Below, piece after piece: positions 27,003 to 36,680 of a stretch of DNA of 64,000 nt (the stretch's first letter is position 1; every line of letters starts with the position of its first letter). The notes under the pieces were generated by a model. The model saw nothing but the letters and a program-made list of their open reading frames with translations. It did not search any database and was not told the origin of the DNA. The stretch lies in contig DATDXF010000016.1 of assembly GCA_036517215.1 (NCBI GenBank), forward strand, positions 3,175 through 67,174. The letters run 5' to 3'. The DNA comes from Minisyncoccota bacterium. GTDB taxonomy: Bacteria; Patescibacteriota; Minisyncoccia; Phycocordibacterales; UBA9973. Position numbers and translations under genes: made by a program.

Positions 27003-29309
27003 TTATATCTCACAGACTCCCGAAACACAAGCGAACTCTTTTGCGCCGGTAGTATTGTCCGCAGCTTCGTATTGGGAAAGCTTGGAAAAATCAATTTTAC
27101 CGATAGCCCGTGCGCGTCTTTCGTATTCCTCTTTGGTGATGGCCTCATATGGCGCGAGCTGATATACGTGCTCGGAACGTGGCAAGAACGAGAGTCCGCC
27201 AATCCAGTCCCAGTTTTCATATACGAAATTGCCCACCGCTATCCACTCATCCGGACCCACATATATAGTAGCGGAAGGGTTATGCTCCACGAAATGCTCC
27301 TTAAGCCTTTTCCATTCTTTCATCAGATCCAGAGCGGAAACTTCATCTTTGAAAATAGCTCCTTCCGGCGCTTTGACCGGGAATTCGAGAACGTAGGTCG
27401 TAGCGGTAGATTCTGCCTGGCCGACTTCCGGAAGACAAGGCACCCCTTGGTCGCGGGCCATTTGAAGCAATGTGTCGGTGTGGGAAATTCGCACGCGTCG
27501 TATAAAGTACGGCGCATACCACGGATGCATGCCGGAACCGACGCCGAGGAGCTGGCCCGAGTTGCCGTGAGGTTTTACGCAGGTAATAGCCGTAGAAGCA
27601 TTAATGCCGAAACGCTTGGCGTATTTTTTATTTGTTTCCACGGAGTCCGCCTTCAGCATGTCGAGAACTTTGTCGTCGCGGATGATAGGGTTATCGTAGT
27701 AGCCGGTAAGAGATACGCCGAGCAATCTTTCCGCCTCGCAGTTCTCTTTCCATTTTTTTGAAAGGTAGCCGAAGTTGGTAAGCGTCGACTGATAGGTACC
27801 GAGAAGTGTGGCAAGTTCCATTTTTCTTTTTAGTGTCGCTACGGTATCTTTCGGACGGATTACAATGCTGGTTAAATTACAAAATTGCTTGGAGCGCAAA
27901 TAAATTTCTCCGCAAGGATTGAGTCCCATCTGCCTTTCATCTTTGATGGCCGCCCATCTGCGCGCGGGAACCTGTTTCTCCAGCCCGGCGCGGTTGAAAA
28001 TCCCGCGTTCTCCGGATTTTGATTTTACCAAAGAGGTCCACTCATCCAAAAATTCTTCCGCGCCGGGTTTTGCATTGTAAACCGCGGAGTTGTTTGCCAT
28101 TGAGCGCTGTCCTTCAGTCAGATAAAATTGGCCTTTCTTTGCGTCACGCAATTCCGTATCTTCAAGTTCTGATAGGGAGATGAGCGCGCTCCTCCTCACT
28201 CCACCCGCTACCACTATCATCCCGATCTGGCAGATGATGTCATGCATATCCAAATTGGACAAACGGCGTCCCTGCTTGGCTAAAATTTTGCGTCGCGCAA
28301 AATCCATCAAATCCATGAGTGGTTGTGGTCCGGAAGCGCGTCCTCCTGCTGTTTCCAGCCTCGCCCCTGCCGGACGTATCATAGAGTAATCGAATTTTAC
28401 ATCCTTGCCGTCAAACCAGGACTTAAGACCTAAAACAAAAGCATCAGCCCAGCCTTCTTTGCTGTCTATTACCACGTGTGTAGTGGGCTTTTCTTTGCCC
28501 TGCTTCTTTATTTGCGGAAATTGCTGCACATTTTCCCATTCCACCGCGAAACCAAGCCCGGCGCCGCACATTGATATATACATAATTTCTCCTAGGTCCT
28601 GAGGGCAAGTAGGAGCTATATAAGAACAGTTGTATGCCCAGACATTTGACTGGCGGCAGGCCTTACCTGCGGACCACAGAAGGCGCATGGAGGGACAGAT
28701 ATCTTGGTTCAAAATAGCCTCGCGGACATCGTTGTACTCTTTTGCAGTCAGCTTGTCGCTTATATTTTCTTTCATGTAAGCCATATACCTGTCAACGGAT
28801 TCTATCCACGTCTCGCGGCGGCCAAGCTCCGGAATCCAGCGGGAATAAAATTGGTAGAAAATATATTCGGAATAAGGACTGGAAAAATATTTACTGGACT
28901 CTTCCACCGCCTGCCTGACGGACTCGGAAACAGGGCCGAATGCAGCGCGAAGTTCGGAACGCTTGTTTCGGTAAAGAATGTATTTTTTTGCCGTCTCGGT
29001 AAAACCGTTTTTCATCAATTCTTTCTCCACGAAATCCTGCACTAACTCCACCGTAGGCAAGAACTTTGCCGATTTGTTTTTGCTGACCAGGTCATTCCTG
29101 AGGTCGAGCAAGGTTTTGAAAACACTATTAGCGACAACCTCGGACTTTGCCTCATCCCCTTCCCCTGAAACTTCAAACGCCTTAAAGATTGCGCGGGCAA
29201 CTCTTTCAAGTTCAAAGGGAACAACTTCTCCCGTTCTCCTCCTAATGTATTTTATTTTTGCCAGCTCGCTTTTGGAAATTTTTTCGGTTGTTTTTGTTTT
29301 TGTTGTCAT
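27003..29309 (-). CDS. nrdJ: Adenosylcobalamin-dependent ribonucleoside-triphosphate reductase (class II RNR, monomeric NrdJ type)
   Basis: 768 aa; ATP-cone-like N-terminus, RNR core pattern, C-terminal CVSGVCEI redox pair; adjacent to B12 adenosyltransferase. Confidence 0.7.
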   Translation of the reverse strand: MTTKTKTTEKISKSELAKIKYIRRRTGEVVPFELERVARAIFKAFEVSGEGDEAKSEVVANSVFKTLLDLRNDLVSKNKSAKFLPTVELVQDFVEKELMKNGFTETAKKYILYRNKRSELRAAFGPVSESVRQAVEESSKYFSSPYSEYIFYQFYSRWIPELGRRETWIESVDRYMAYMKENISDKLTAKEYNDVREAILNQDICPSMRLLWSAGKACRQSNVWAYNCSYIAPTCPQDLGEIMYISMCGAGLGFAVEWENVQQFPQIKKQGKEKPTTHVVIDSKEGWADAFVLGLKSWFDGKDVKFDYSMIRPAGARLETAGGRASGPQPLMDLMDFARRKILAKQGRRLSNLDMHDIICQIGMIVVAGGVRRSALISLSELEDTELRDAKKGQFYLTEGQRSMANNSAVYNAKPGAEEFLDEWTSLVKSKSGERGIFNRAGLEKQVPARRWAAIKDERQMGLNPCGEIYLRSKQFCNLTSIVIRPKDTVATLKRKMELATLLGTYQSTLTNFGYLSKKWKENCEAERLLGVSLTGYYDNPIIRDDKVLDMLKADSVETNKKYAKRFGINASTAITCVKPHGNSGQLLGVGSGMHPWYAPYFIRRVRISHTDTLLQMARDQGVPCLPEVGQAESTATTYVLEFPVKAPEGAIFKDEVSALDLMKEWKRLKEHFVEHNPSATIYVGPDEWIAVGNFVYENWDWIGGLSFLPRSEHVYQLAPYEAITKEEYERRARAIGKIDFSKLSQYEAADNTTGAKEFACVSGVCEI

Positions 29310-29314
29310 TTGAT

Positions 29315-29977
29315 TTAATTTATTTTGGGATTAAGGATGTTAATAAGTTCGGCGGATTCTTTTTTTCTCTTCTTTACCAAAAAATTATAAATCCCGGGAG
29401 ACAGCACCAGTGCAAAAGTCACGTTACCCAGGAGATGGAGAGCGGTAAAAGGAATTTGCCCAATCATAGAAGCAAAAAATGACTGATTAAAAAAAATAGG
29501 CCCGACGGTAAGGCCTGTGACTGCGTCAAAGGCAAGCGTACCCATGATTGCAAACTTAACATAATCGCGTACTCCAATATTCTTACCCTTTCCGCCGGAG
29601 GCGGATCCGCCTTTGGCGGAAAAGTAAACCGCGGACCACAAGCCGACGGCTCCGTAGGCTCCGGCCGTGAACAACGTTTGCACACCCACGGTCTGTGTTA
29701 TAAGATCGTAAAGAAAAATAGATAAAACCGCAAAAGAAAATCCCATAAATGCCCCGAAGGCGCGCGAGATCGGCATCGTCGAGGCCATTATCGGTTCTAT
29801 GTTTGGAGCGCGCAGAGGAATCAATCTGATGAGTAAGCACACGACGAGCGCGATGAAAAATTTAAGAGGATATTTAGAATAATTTTTGTTTTCCTGCATC
29901 GGACTATAATAATAATCCATTTCATCCACCAGTAGCAAGTGGATAACCGCCATTTTTACGGCGATTTCGCAGAACAA
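29315..29977 (-). CDS. Polytopic membrane protein, possibly ECF-transporter S component (start uncertain; ATG at 29920 or 29953 plausible)
   Basis: 5-6 TM helices, ~190 aa core; first gene of membrane protein-nrdJ-pduO operon. Confidence 0.4.
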   Translation of the reverse strand: MFCEIAVKMAVIHLLLVDEMDYYYSPMQENKNYSKYPLKFFIALVVCLLIRLIPLRAPNIEPIMASTMPISRAFGAFMGFSFAVLSIFLYDLITQTVGVQTLFTAGAYGAVGLWSAVYFSAKGGSASGGKGKNIGVRDYVKFAIMGTLAFDAVTGLTVGPIFFNQSFFASMIGQIPFTALHLLGNVTFALVLSPGIYNFLVKKRKKESAELINILNPKIN

Positions 29978-30064
29978 TACAAAGATAAACGGAGCACAAG
30001 AGAGACTTCCAAAAACCGAGCATCTATAAGAGGTTTAGAGGGTAAATTTTCGGGTAATTTATTG

Positions 30065-30138
30065 TCCGTCCTCTTGGATTCGAACCAAGGACCCCAGAGG
30101 TATAAGCTCTGTGCTCTAACCAACTGAGCTAAGGACGG
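30065..30138 (-). tRNA. tRNA-Ile (anticodon UAU), CCA not encoded
   Basis: Minus-strand reading CCGTCCT-TA-GCTC-AGTTGGTTA-GAGC-A-CAGAG-CTTATAC-CTCTG-GGGTC-CTTGG-TTCGAAT-CCAAG-AGGACGG-A; all stems pair. Confidence 0.8.
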
Positions 30139-30193
30139 AAAAGAGCTGGCATAAGGATAGGATATATTATTTCCGAACCAAAAACAATATATC

Positions 30194-32116
30194 TTATTCC
30201 GGCTTCGGAGGAGCTATGACTTCTTTCTTCTTCAGAAGAATTCCATGCGCCACGAGTATTTTCTCGTATTCTTCCTGCTCCAGAGTTTCCACTTCTATCA
30301 GCCTGGTAGCTATGGCTGTAAATGCTTTTGTATTTTCCCTGAGGACTCTTTCCGCTGTTTTTAACCCGTCGTTTATTATTCTGGATATTTCCGCATCAAC
30401 TTTGGTGGAAACTGTTTCGGAAAATTCTTTTTCCGGCATCTCGCCGTATTGAGGCCTGCCCGGAGATTCCGCCAAAGCTATCGGGCCGATGACATCGGAC
30501 ATCCCCCATCTCGTAACCATAGCACGGGCGATGTTGGTGGCAACCGTTAGATCACTCGATGGCCCCGTGGTTATGTCTCCGAAAATCATCTGCTCCGCCA
30601 CATATCCCCCGAGCGACATGGCGATGTCGTCAATAAATTCTTTTTTGGACTGAAGGCGTCTTTCTTCGAGCGGAAGCTTGAGCGTGTATCCGCCGGCATT
30701 CCCGCGGGAGATTATGGAAACTTTATGCACCGGGTCGGCATGCGGAAGAACAGAAGCGACTATCGCGTGGCCGGCTTCGTGATAAGCGGTAATTTCTTTT
30801 TCCTTTTTGGAAAGCAAGTGACTTTTTCTTTCGGGGCCGAGCATGACTTTTTCTATGGCGCGAATGAGGTCAAACTGAAAAACTTTCTTGCGGTTCTCTC
30901 TGGCGGCCAGTATCGCGCCTTCGTTCATGAGAGAATACAAATCCGCACCGGAAAATCCCGGAGTTCGTTCCGCAATCAATTTCAAATTTATGTCTTCGGC
31001 AAGAGGTTTTTTTACCGCGTGAATTTTCAGTATTTCTTCTCGGTCAGCGCGGTCCGGCAAGTCGAGGATAACTTTTCTGTCAAAACGTCCCGGTCGGATA
31101 AGCGCAGGGTCGAGAACATCCGGCCTGTTTGTAGCCGCCATCACGATGACCTTGTCGTTCGGCTCAAAGCCGTCCATTTCCACCAATATTTGGTTCAAGG
31201 TTTGCTCGCGCTCATCGTTGCCTCCGCCGAACCCTCCTCCCCTAGTGCGCCCTATCGCGTCTATTTCATCCACGAAGATGATTGCCGGAGCTGCGCGCTT
31301 GGCCATTTTGAAAAGGTCTCGCACACGACTGGCTCCAACCCCGACGAACATTTCCACGAACTCGCTTCCCGAAAGGTGAAAAAACGGCACTCCGGCTTCG
31401 CCGGCTACCGCTCTCGCAAGCAGGGTCTTCCCCGTTCCCGGAGCGCCAGTCAATATTACTCCTTTTGGAATTCTGGCTCCTATATCCAGGAACTTCTTCG
31501 GGCTTTTAAGGAAATCCACTATTTCTTTTAGCTCTTCTTTTGCTTCCTTCGCCCCGGCCACGTCCTTGAAGGTTACTTTATTATTTTTATCGTTGGGGTC
31601 GGTAATACGCGCCTTGGACTGACCGAAGGTAAAAGCCTGCATACCGGCGCCCTTTACCTGGCGGGACAGATACCAAAAGAAAAGCAGGATAAAGATTATC
31701 GGCAAAAGAAACGGCAAGATATTCACGAGCCAAAACATAAAACCGCTTTCGTCTTTTATCTGAATTCCGGTGTTGGACAAGGCCTCGGTCGTCACGCCGT
31801 AATTAAACAGCGTTTGCGAAAGAGCTGAGCCGACTTCCTTCTTCGTTATTTTTACATCATCGTTTTGGTAGGTAATCGTCAGCTTGTCTCCTTCAACCAA
31901 AATATTTTTAACTTCGCCAGCCTGAACACTTTTCGCCAAGTCGGATATCGCGACTTCGGGCACCACCTTTGCATCTCCGGAGACCACCAGGTATAGCGCG
32001 GTAATGAGCATGAAGAAAAATATCGCTCCGGCCAAATTTGTCCCGAAGTTTGTTTTCTTGGGTGTTTTTTTACCTTTACTATTTGGTTCTTTTTGGTTTA
32101 AAAAATTAAAATCCAT
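30194..32116 (-). CDS. ftsH: ATP-dependent zinc metalloprotease FtsH
   Basis: 640 aa; two N-terminal TMs, AAA Walker [18 protein letters not shown] zinc motif. Confidence 0.9.
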   Translation of the reverse strand: MDFNFLNQKEPNSKGKKTPKKTNFGTNLAGAIFFFMLITALYLVVSGDAKVVPEVAISDLAKSVQAGEVKNILVEGDKLTITYQNDDVKITKKEVGSALSQTLFNYGVTTEALSNTGIQIKDESGFMFWLVNILPFLLPIIFILLFFWYLSRQVKGAGMQAFTFGQSKARITDPNDKNNKVTFKDVAGAKEAKEELKEIVDFLKSPKKFLDIGARIPKGVILTGAPGTGKTLLARAVAGEAGVPFFHLSGSEFVEMFVGVGASRVRDLFKMAKRAAPAIIFVDEIDAIGRTRGGGFGGGNDEREQTLNQILVEMDGFEPNDKVIVMAATNRPDVLDPALIRPGRFDRKVILDLPDRADREEILKIHAVKKPLAEDINLKLIAERTPGFSGADLYSLMNEGAILAARENRKKVFQFDLIRAIEKVMLGPERKSHLLSKKEKEITAYHEAGHAIVASVLPHADPVHKVSIISRGNAGGYTLKLPLEERRLQSKKEFIDDIAMSLGGYVAEQMIFGDITTGPSSDLTVATNIARAMVTRWGMSDVIGPIALAESPGRPQYGEMPEKEFSETVSTKVDAEISRIINDGLKTAERVLRENTKAFTAIATRLIEVETLEQEEYEKILVAHGILLKKKEVIAPPKPE

Positions 32117-32394
32117 CCCGTTAGAGATAGGAAGCGCCTAATCTGTTTTTAAGATAACGCTTGCCCATTCCCGATTTTAAGAATAATTCTCTCGACTTCG
32201 CTTTACTTTCTAATAAACACGCTTCGTAGTATATCAAAATAAATGGGCCTCGTCCGTTCGTATATGTAGATAAACCTTTGTTGTGCTGATTCAGGCGCTT
32301 CCGTAGGTCTTGCGTATATCCAGTGTAAATTTTGCCGTCTTTCTTACTTTTTAAGATATATGTGTAATAAAACATAGGTAATCTCTAACGGGAT
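32115..32394. repeat. Perfect 14-bp inverted repeats ATCCCGTTAGAGAT (32115-32128) / ATCTCTAACGGGAT (32381-32394) bracketing the GIY-YIG ORF
   Basis: Seen directly; left arm contains the GIY-YIG stop codon and overlaps the ftsH ATG by 2 nt; right arm starts 5 nt after the GIY-YIG ATG. Confidence 0.6.
32121..32375 (-). CDS. GIY-YIG nuclease-family small protein (UPF0213/YhbQ-like)
   Basis: 84 aa; MFYYTYILKSKKDGKIYTGYT...RLNQHN GIY-YIG core. Confidence 0.7.
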   Translation of the reverse strand: MFYYTYILKSKKDGKIYTGYTQDLRKRLNQHNKGLSTYTNGRGPFILIYYEACLLESKAKSRELFLKSGMGKRYLKNRLGASYL

Positions 32395-32529
32395 CCATAT
32401 TAAAGAGATTAGCACAAAATACTTACAAAGAAAAGTTACCGTTATGCGATTCTGCAAGTATAATGACGCTTTCCGTAATATAAAATTACCGCGCAGAAAA
32501 GTGGAACTTTACCAACAAAAAGATTTACT

Positions 32530-34008
32530 TTACTCTTCTTCTGTTACCGCAGAAGTCTTTGGAAATGCAGCCCCTTGTGACATTGTTAAGTATGGTCTAA
32601 ATATAAAGGGTACCCAATAGGACATTTGAGCTCCTTTTCTTTCTTGTAAAAACCCTATATCAATTAGCTGTCTAACTATATTTATAAAATCATTTAATTC
32701 ATTTCTTTTAAAAAGAGCTTTGATTGACTCGGATGTCTGTTCTGTTTTTTCTCCTCTGAAAACTTCAATATATTTTCTTAATGAAGGATACTCTGACCAC
32801 AAGGTTTCTACGCGTGCTTTTGAAACCTCATCTAATGCTAAGGTCAAAGCGTTTGCACTTATTAAGTGCCCAGATGGGTTGCTCCCCGTTCCACCAATTT
32901 CCCCCAATCTAACTTGTTGCTCTCGGGCAAATTTTATGAGATTTATTACCTCTCTAGGCGCAGGATTTTGTTTTCCATCCTGGGCACGTCTTAATATCCA
33001 ATCAAAAGTTTTTGATTTTTTTGGTCCAGGTTCAACTTGGTCAGGGAAAATTGTATAAAAAGCCCCATCTTGTATCTTCGGATTACCTAATGTATCACGA
33101 CTAAGTTTTGTATATTCCTCTACCGCTCGATTGTTAAAAAAACGACTTAAAATTAAATGCCTTAGGGAATCGGGTGTCCACTTAATGTGATAAAAACGAG
33201 TAATATGACTTTGTTCTCTAAACCCTTGCTCGTGAGTTATTCTTTCCCAAATATCATCTCTTAAAAATATTTTAAGCTTAATATTATTAAAAGAAGCAAA
33301 ATCTAAATATACTCTAAACAAAGACCTTAGAGCAGGTATTTCTACTGATGGTTTAGTAAAAGCAACATCTAATCTATCAAACATAATCCACAACTCAATC
33401 CCAGATTTTTCTAGAATTTCGTCAATTTCTTTTAAAAGACTACGAACTGACACTTTTCCAGCCTTTTCTTCTTCTTGGGTGGGTTCACCAAGAACCACCG
33501 AATAAGTTGACCCATCTGGCAATCCTACTGTAGGCTGTAATCTTGAAATATATTCTAGAGCACCTCTAAAAATTTTTTGTAGACCTTCAAGTGGAATAAG
33601 CCCTTCTTCTTTAAGACGTTCCAAAATTGGCTTGAATTTATCTTTGTTCTTTTCATCTCTGTTTATAGAGTTTCCAATTAACGATAAGATATAAATCTTC
33701 CAAAGACTTCTAAACTCGTCTTCACTCAATCCTTTCTCGTTTACAGACTGAAATACAGGATCGCCTGAAATTTCTTCACCTGGAATTAAATAGATATTTC
33801 TTTTAAATAAATTTGGTGCATTTTTTTGGAGAAGAAGGTAAAGAGCGCTTTTTCCTGTTCCTTTTCCGCCATAAATTATATCAAAACGACCCTGGTTTAA
33901 CATTTCCCAAGCTTCTGTTTTAATAAAGTAATTTTCAAGCTCTTTTTGTTCTCTTTCTGCAACACTTTCGCCTAAATCTATTCTTTTTAGTATCTCTAAA
34001 TTATTCAT
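32530..34008 (-). CDS. P-loop NTPase (AAA-like ATPase with long Walker A to Walker B spacing)
   Basis: 492 aa; Walker A IIYGGKGTGKSALYLL near N-terminus, Walker B-like LWIMFDRLD ~160 aa later; ~280 aa C-terminal domain of unknown function. Confidence 0.55.
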   Translation of the reverse strand: MNNLEILKRIDLGESVAEREQKELENYFIKTEAWEMLNQGRFDIIYGGKGTGKSALYLLLQKNAPNLFKRNIYLIPGEEISGDPVFQSVNEKGLSEDEFRSLWKIYILSLIGNSINRDEKNKDKFKPILERLKEEGLIPLEGLQKIFRGALEYISRLQPTVGLPDGSTYSVVLGEPTQEEEKAGKVSVRSLLKEIDEILEKSGIELWIMFDRLDVAFTKPSVEIPALRSLFRVYLDFASFNNIKLKIFLRDDIWERITHEQGFREQSHITRFYHIKWTPDSLRHLILSRFFNNRAVEEYTKLSRDTLGNPKIQDGAFYTIFPDQVEPGPKKSKTFDWILRRAQDGKQNPAPREVINLIKFAREQQVRLGEIGGTGSNPSGHLISANALTLALDEVSKARVETLWSEYPSLRKYIEVFRGEKTEQTSESIKALFKRNELNDFINIVRQLIDIGFLQERKGAQMSYWVPFIFRPYLTMSQGAAFPKTSAVTEEE

Positions 34009-34134
34009 TTTTCCAAATATTAAATGCTATTAACACACAATACTCTTTTTTATCCTCTATGTAAATAACTCCTAGCATTCCTTGAAAAACCTGTAAAGTA
34101 AGTTTGAGATGTACAGAAATTTGGCACAGGTAAT

Positions 34135-34419
34135 TTACTCGCCGTCAGTTCTGGAAAGCTTTGTTGGTATGCCCTTTCTGTATAAATCTACCAGTTTTTC
34201 TTTTTTATCCCTGCGCCATTTTTTAATTTGAATTTCCCTTGAACGAGCTTCTTTTAGAGAATTTTGATTTTCGAGAAAAACTATTTCAAACTTGTCACGA
34301 TTCTTAGTGAAACCTGCGCCCTGATTAGTATTATGTTCTTTTAATCTTCTTTGTGGGTTATCTGTAACACCTATGTATAAATTCCCATATGAATTTTTTA
34401 TCATATATACGAAATACAT
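34135..34419 (-). CDS. GIY-YIG nuclease-family small protein (UPF0213/YhbQ-like), second copy
   Basis: 94 aa; MYFVYMIKNSYGNLYIGVTDNPQRRLKEHN. Confidence 0.7.
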   Translation of the reverse strand: MYFVYMIKNSYGNLYIGVTDNPQRRLKEHNTNQGAGFTKNRDKFEIVFLENQNSLKEARSREIQIKKWRRDKKEKLVDLYRKGIPTKLSRTDGE

Positions 34420-34565
34420 AATTTAATTATATGCCCGTTCGACATGCCCTTCAACTTCGTTCAGGGCAAGCTCAGGGCACTCGCCTCAAAATACCCTTAG
34501 AGTTCCTTGGGTGTTTTTGCTGTGGCTTGCCACGAGCGAATTTTGTCACTACAAAATGAGTCGAG

Positions 34566-34963
34566 TGGAGATGACGGGAATCGAACCCGTGTGCAAAAGG
34601 TTTTTGCAAAGAAGTCTACATGCTTAGCGAGCTTTTTTGTTTAGATTAAAAAATTCTTAAGCGGGCCAAATATTTTTTAACCGAGTTCTAAGTTTTCGAA
34701 AAATGTTCGAACGGGCATTTCCTTATCCCGATAATATTACACCTCTACTCATATATCGGAAGTCTATGAGAGAGACGCCGGCACTCGCTTACGCGAAAGC
34801 TGGAACGAAAGCAAAGTCCTTCATACCGAAGTAATCAGAAACAATTGCTTTAGTTTTGGTAGTCAATTTTGCAATTAACATTTGAACGAATTTTCACGAG
34901 ATTACGTTCATGCTCGACATGCATCAATAGCAAAGCGACCTTCTGTCTATGCCTTGCATCCCC
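34566..34963 (-). ncRNA. ssrA: tmRNA (transfer-messenger RNA)
   Basis: 5' GGGGAUG pairs 7/7 with 3' CAUCUCC-A including G3:U70 alanine identity pair; T-arm ACGGG-UUCGAUU-CCCGU; in-frame GCA resume codon at nt 92 then 27 sense codons ending GCU-UUC-GCG-UAA (..PAFA); smpB immediately upstream on same strand. Confidence 0.8.
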
Positions 34964-34970
34964 CTGAATT

Positions 34971-35042
34971 AGCTTCTAGTAGCTAGTGGCTAGTTTCTAG
35001 TATTTTTCTAGAACCTAGAACCTAACCCCTAAAACCTAACCT
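34971..35042. repeat. CTAG-rich ~70-nt intergenic repeat between smpB and ssrA
   Basis: Multiple CTAG, TAGCTTCTAG and AACCTAG units; homologous in inverted orientation to 53078-53137. Confidence 0.6.
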
Positions 35043-35045
35043 TTG

Positions 35046-35492
35046 TCAACGTTCCTTGAAATCTCTCCGTAGCTCGCGGTCAGTTTCGCGTTTTTTGATG
35101 GTTTCCCGTTTATCGAATTTTTTCTTGCCTTTAACGAGAGCGATCGCTACTTTGATCTTCCTGTTTTTATTATACACCGAAATTGGCACAATTGTCAAAC
35201 TCTTATTCTTTTCGCTTCCCGCCAGCTCCGCAATCTCTTTTTTTGTGAGCAATATCTTCCGGTTGCGGAGCGGGTCGTAGTCTTTCGGAGCGTTTTTAGG
35301 CTGAAACGGTGGTATATTAGCATTGATTAAAAACGCCTCCCCGCCTCTTATTATGACGAAAGCCCCCTCCAGGGACATGTGTCCTCCCCTGACGGACTTT
35401 ACCTCCGTGCCAAAAAGCTCAATACCACTTTCGTATTTTTCCACGGTTTCGTAGTTAAAGCGGGCTTTTCTATTTTCCGCATAATTCGCCAT
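35046..35492 (-). CDS. smpB: SsrA-binding protein SmpB
   Basis: 148 aa; KARFNYET..E.YE.GIEL.GTEVKS.R SmpB signature. Confidence 0.85.
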   Translation of the reverse strand: MANYAENRKARFNYETVEKYESGIELFGTEVKSVRGGHMSLEGAFVIIRGGEAFLINANIPPFQPKNAPKDYDPLRNRKILLTKKEIAELAGSEKNKSLTIVPISVYNKNRKIKVAIALVKGKKKFDKRETIKKRETDRELRRDFKER

Positions 35493-35557
35493 AAATTAAT
35501 CTTAACATAAGTAGCTAAGACTAGTGCTCTAATTTGAAAATAATATATTAAGACAGT

Positions 35558-36583
35558 TTATTCCCTAACAATCCCGTCTCCGGGAGGCACCACCAGGTAG
35601 GTCATGAGGCATCCGGTTATCCCGGAGATAACAATCATCCCTGCCCATGTGTGTACTGCCCACGGAGTCGTGTCTGTCAGTAAAATTGTCACAACATAAG
35701 TTGTAAATAAAATAACCGGCGCGAATATTCCGAAAATCCTTATGTGATGCTCTTTCAAAGAAAGTGAGTAAACTTTTCTATACAGAAAATCAATCAAAAT
35801 ACCCGCAAGGAGAGCGGTCAATATGAATATGTAATATTCTCCGTGCATTAAAGTTATGGCAACGGCATTAAGGGTTAAGATTACCGCAAAACTTCCAAAG
35901 GGAAAAGCCCAATACCTGATGCTTGCCAGGATTAATCCCATGAAAATACTGGTAAACACTATCGCGCCGGCGACTCCGAGCGCCGCCCCGTAATTAATAT
36001 TGATAGGATTTTCATTCAAAAAACTTTGCGCCATCCATGGAAAATTAAACGGGTGTAAAAACTGAAGCATGAATCCAAGGGTCATTAAGAGATAAGAGAA
36101 AGATAGTATTACCGGAATTTTATGTATCTTTTGGGTTGACCTGTTTCTGTACCATATGGCGTGAATCGGTGCGCTTACTACAACGGCGCCGCCGAAAGCA
36201 AGAAGTATATGGGTAGGGCTAAGGAGCGCTTCTATCCCGACTTCTATTCCAAATAACTGATGCCACATTAAATCTCCCGGACCGCCGATAAAAACCAGCA
36301 ATACCCCCCAGAGGGCAAACATATATTCTCGTGGCAACGCACGCCTCCACGCGTAACCTATTTTGTGATTTCTCCACATCTGAGTTAAAAGTAAGAAAGT
36401 AGTCGTAAGTATCCCTAAATAGAAAATCGCATGCCACGGCGTAAGCACTGTTTCTAGAGCAGAATCCAGGTGAGTATGAGCCCAGCCGTCCACAAAACCT
36501 CCGGCTGTCCACCAGCCGGAAAACAATACAAATAACCAGTCAAATAAATTGCTTGAAGGGGCATATCCGATTTTCTTTTCCAT
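35558..36583 (-). CDS. Polytopic membrane protein (hypothetical)
   Basis: 341 aa, ~9 TM helices, Trp/His-rich loops. Confidence 0.5.
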   Translation of the reverse strand: MEKKIGYAPSSNLFDWLFVLFSGWWTAGGFVDGWAHTHLDSALETVLTPWHAIFYLGILTTTFLLLTQMWRNHKIGYAWRRALPREYMFALWGVLLVFIGGPGDLMWHQLFGIEVGIEALLSPTHILLAFGGAVVVSAPIHAIWYRNRSTQKIHKIPVILSFSYLLMTLGFMLQFLHPFNFPWMAQSFLNENPININYGAALGVAGAIVFTSIFMGLILASIRYWAFPFGSFAVILTLNAVAITLMHGEYYIFILTALLAGILIDFLYRKVYSLSLKEHHIRIFGIFAPVILFTTYVVTILLTDTTPWAVHTWAGMIVISGITGCLMTYLVVPPGDGIVRE

Positions 36584-36680
36584 ATGGCGCTATTATATCA
36601 TAGTCTTAGTTGACTTTAAGCCTGAAATACGCTACTATCCTGTAGTAGTCAAAGGCCTTATCGGCCTTACTTTATATCAA

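Noticed and set aside
29925-30063. Cobalamin riboswitch upstream of the B12 operon
   Set aside because: Only ~140 nt available and no B12-box (GCCACUG-like) or conserved core seen.
36549-36680. ATG-less track start of infC at 36549
   Set aside because: Would overlap the upstream membrane gene by 35 nt and add 44 non-conserved residues. IF-3 homology begins near 36690.
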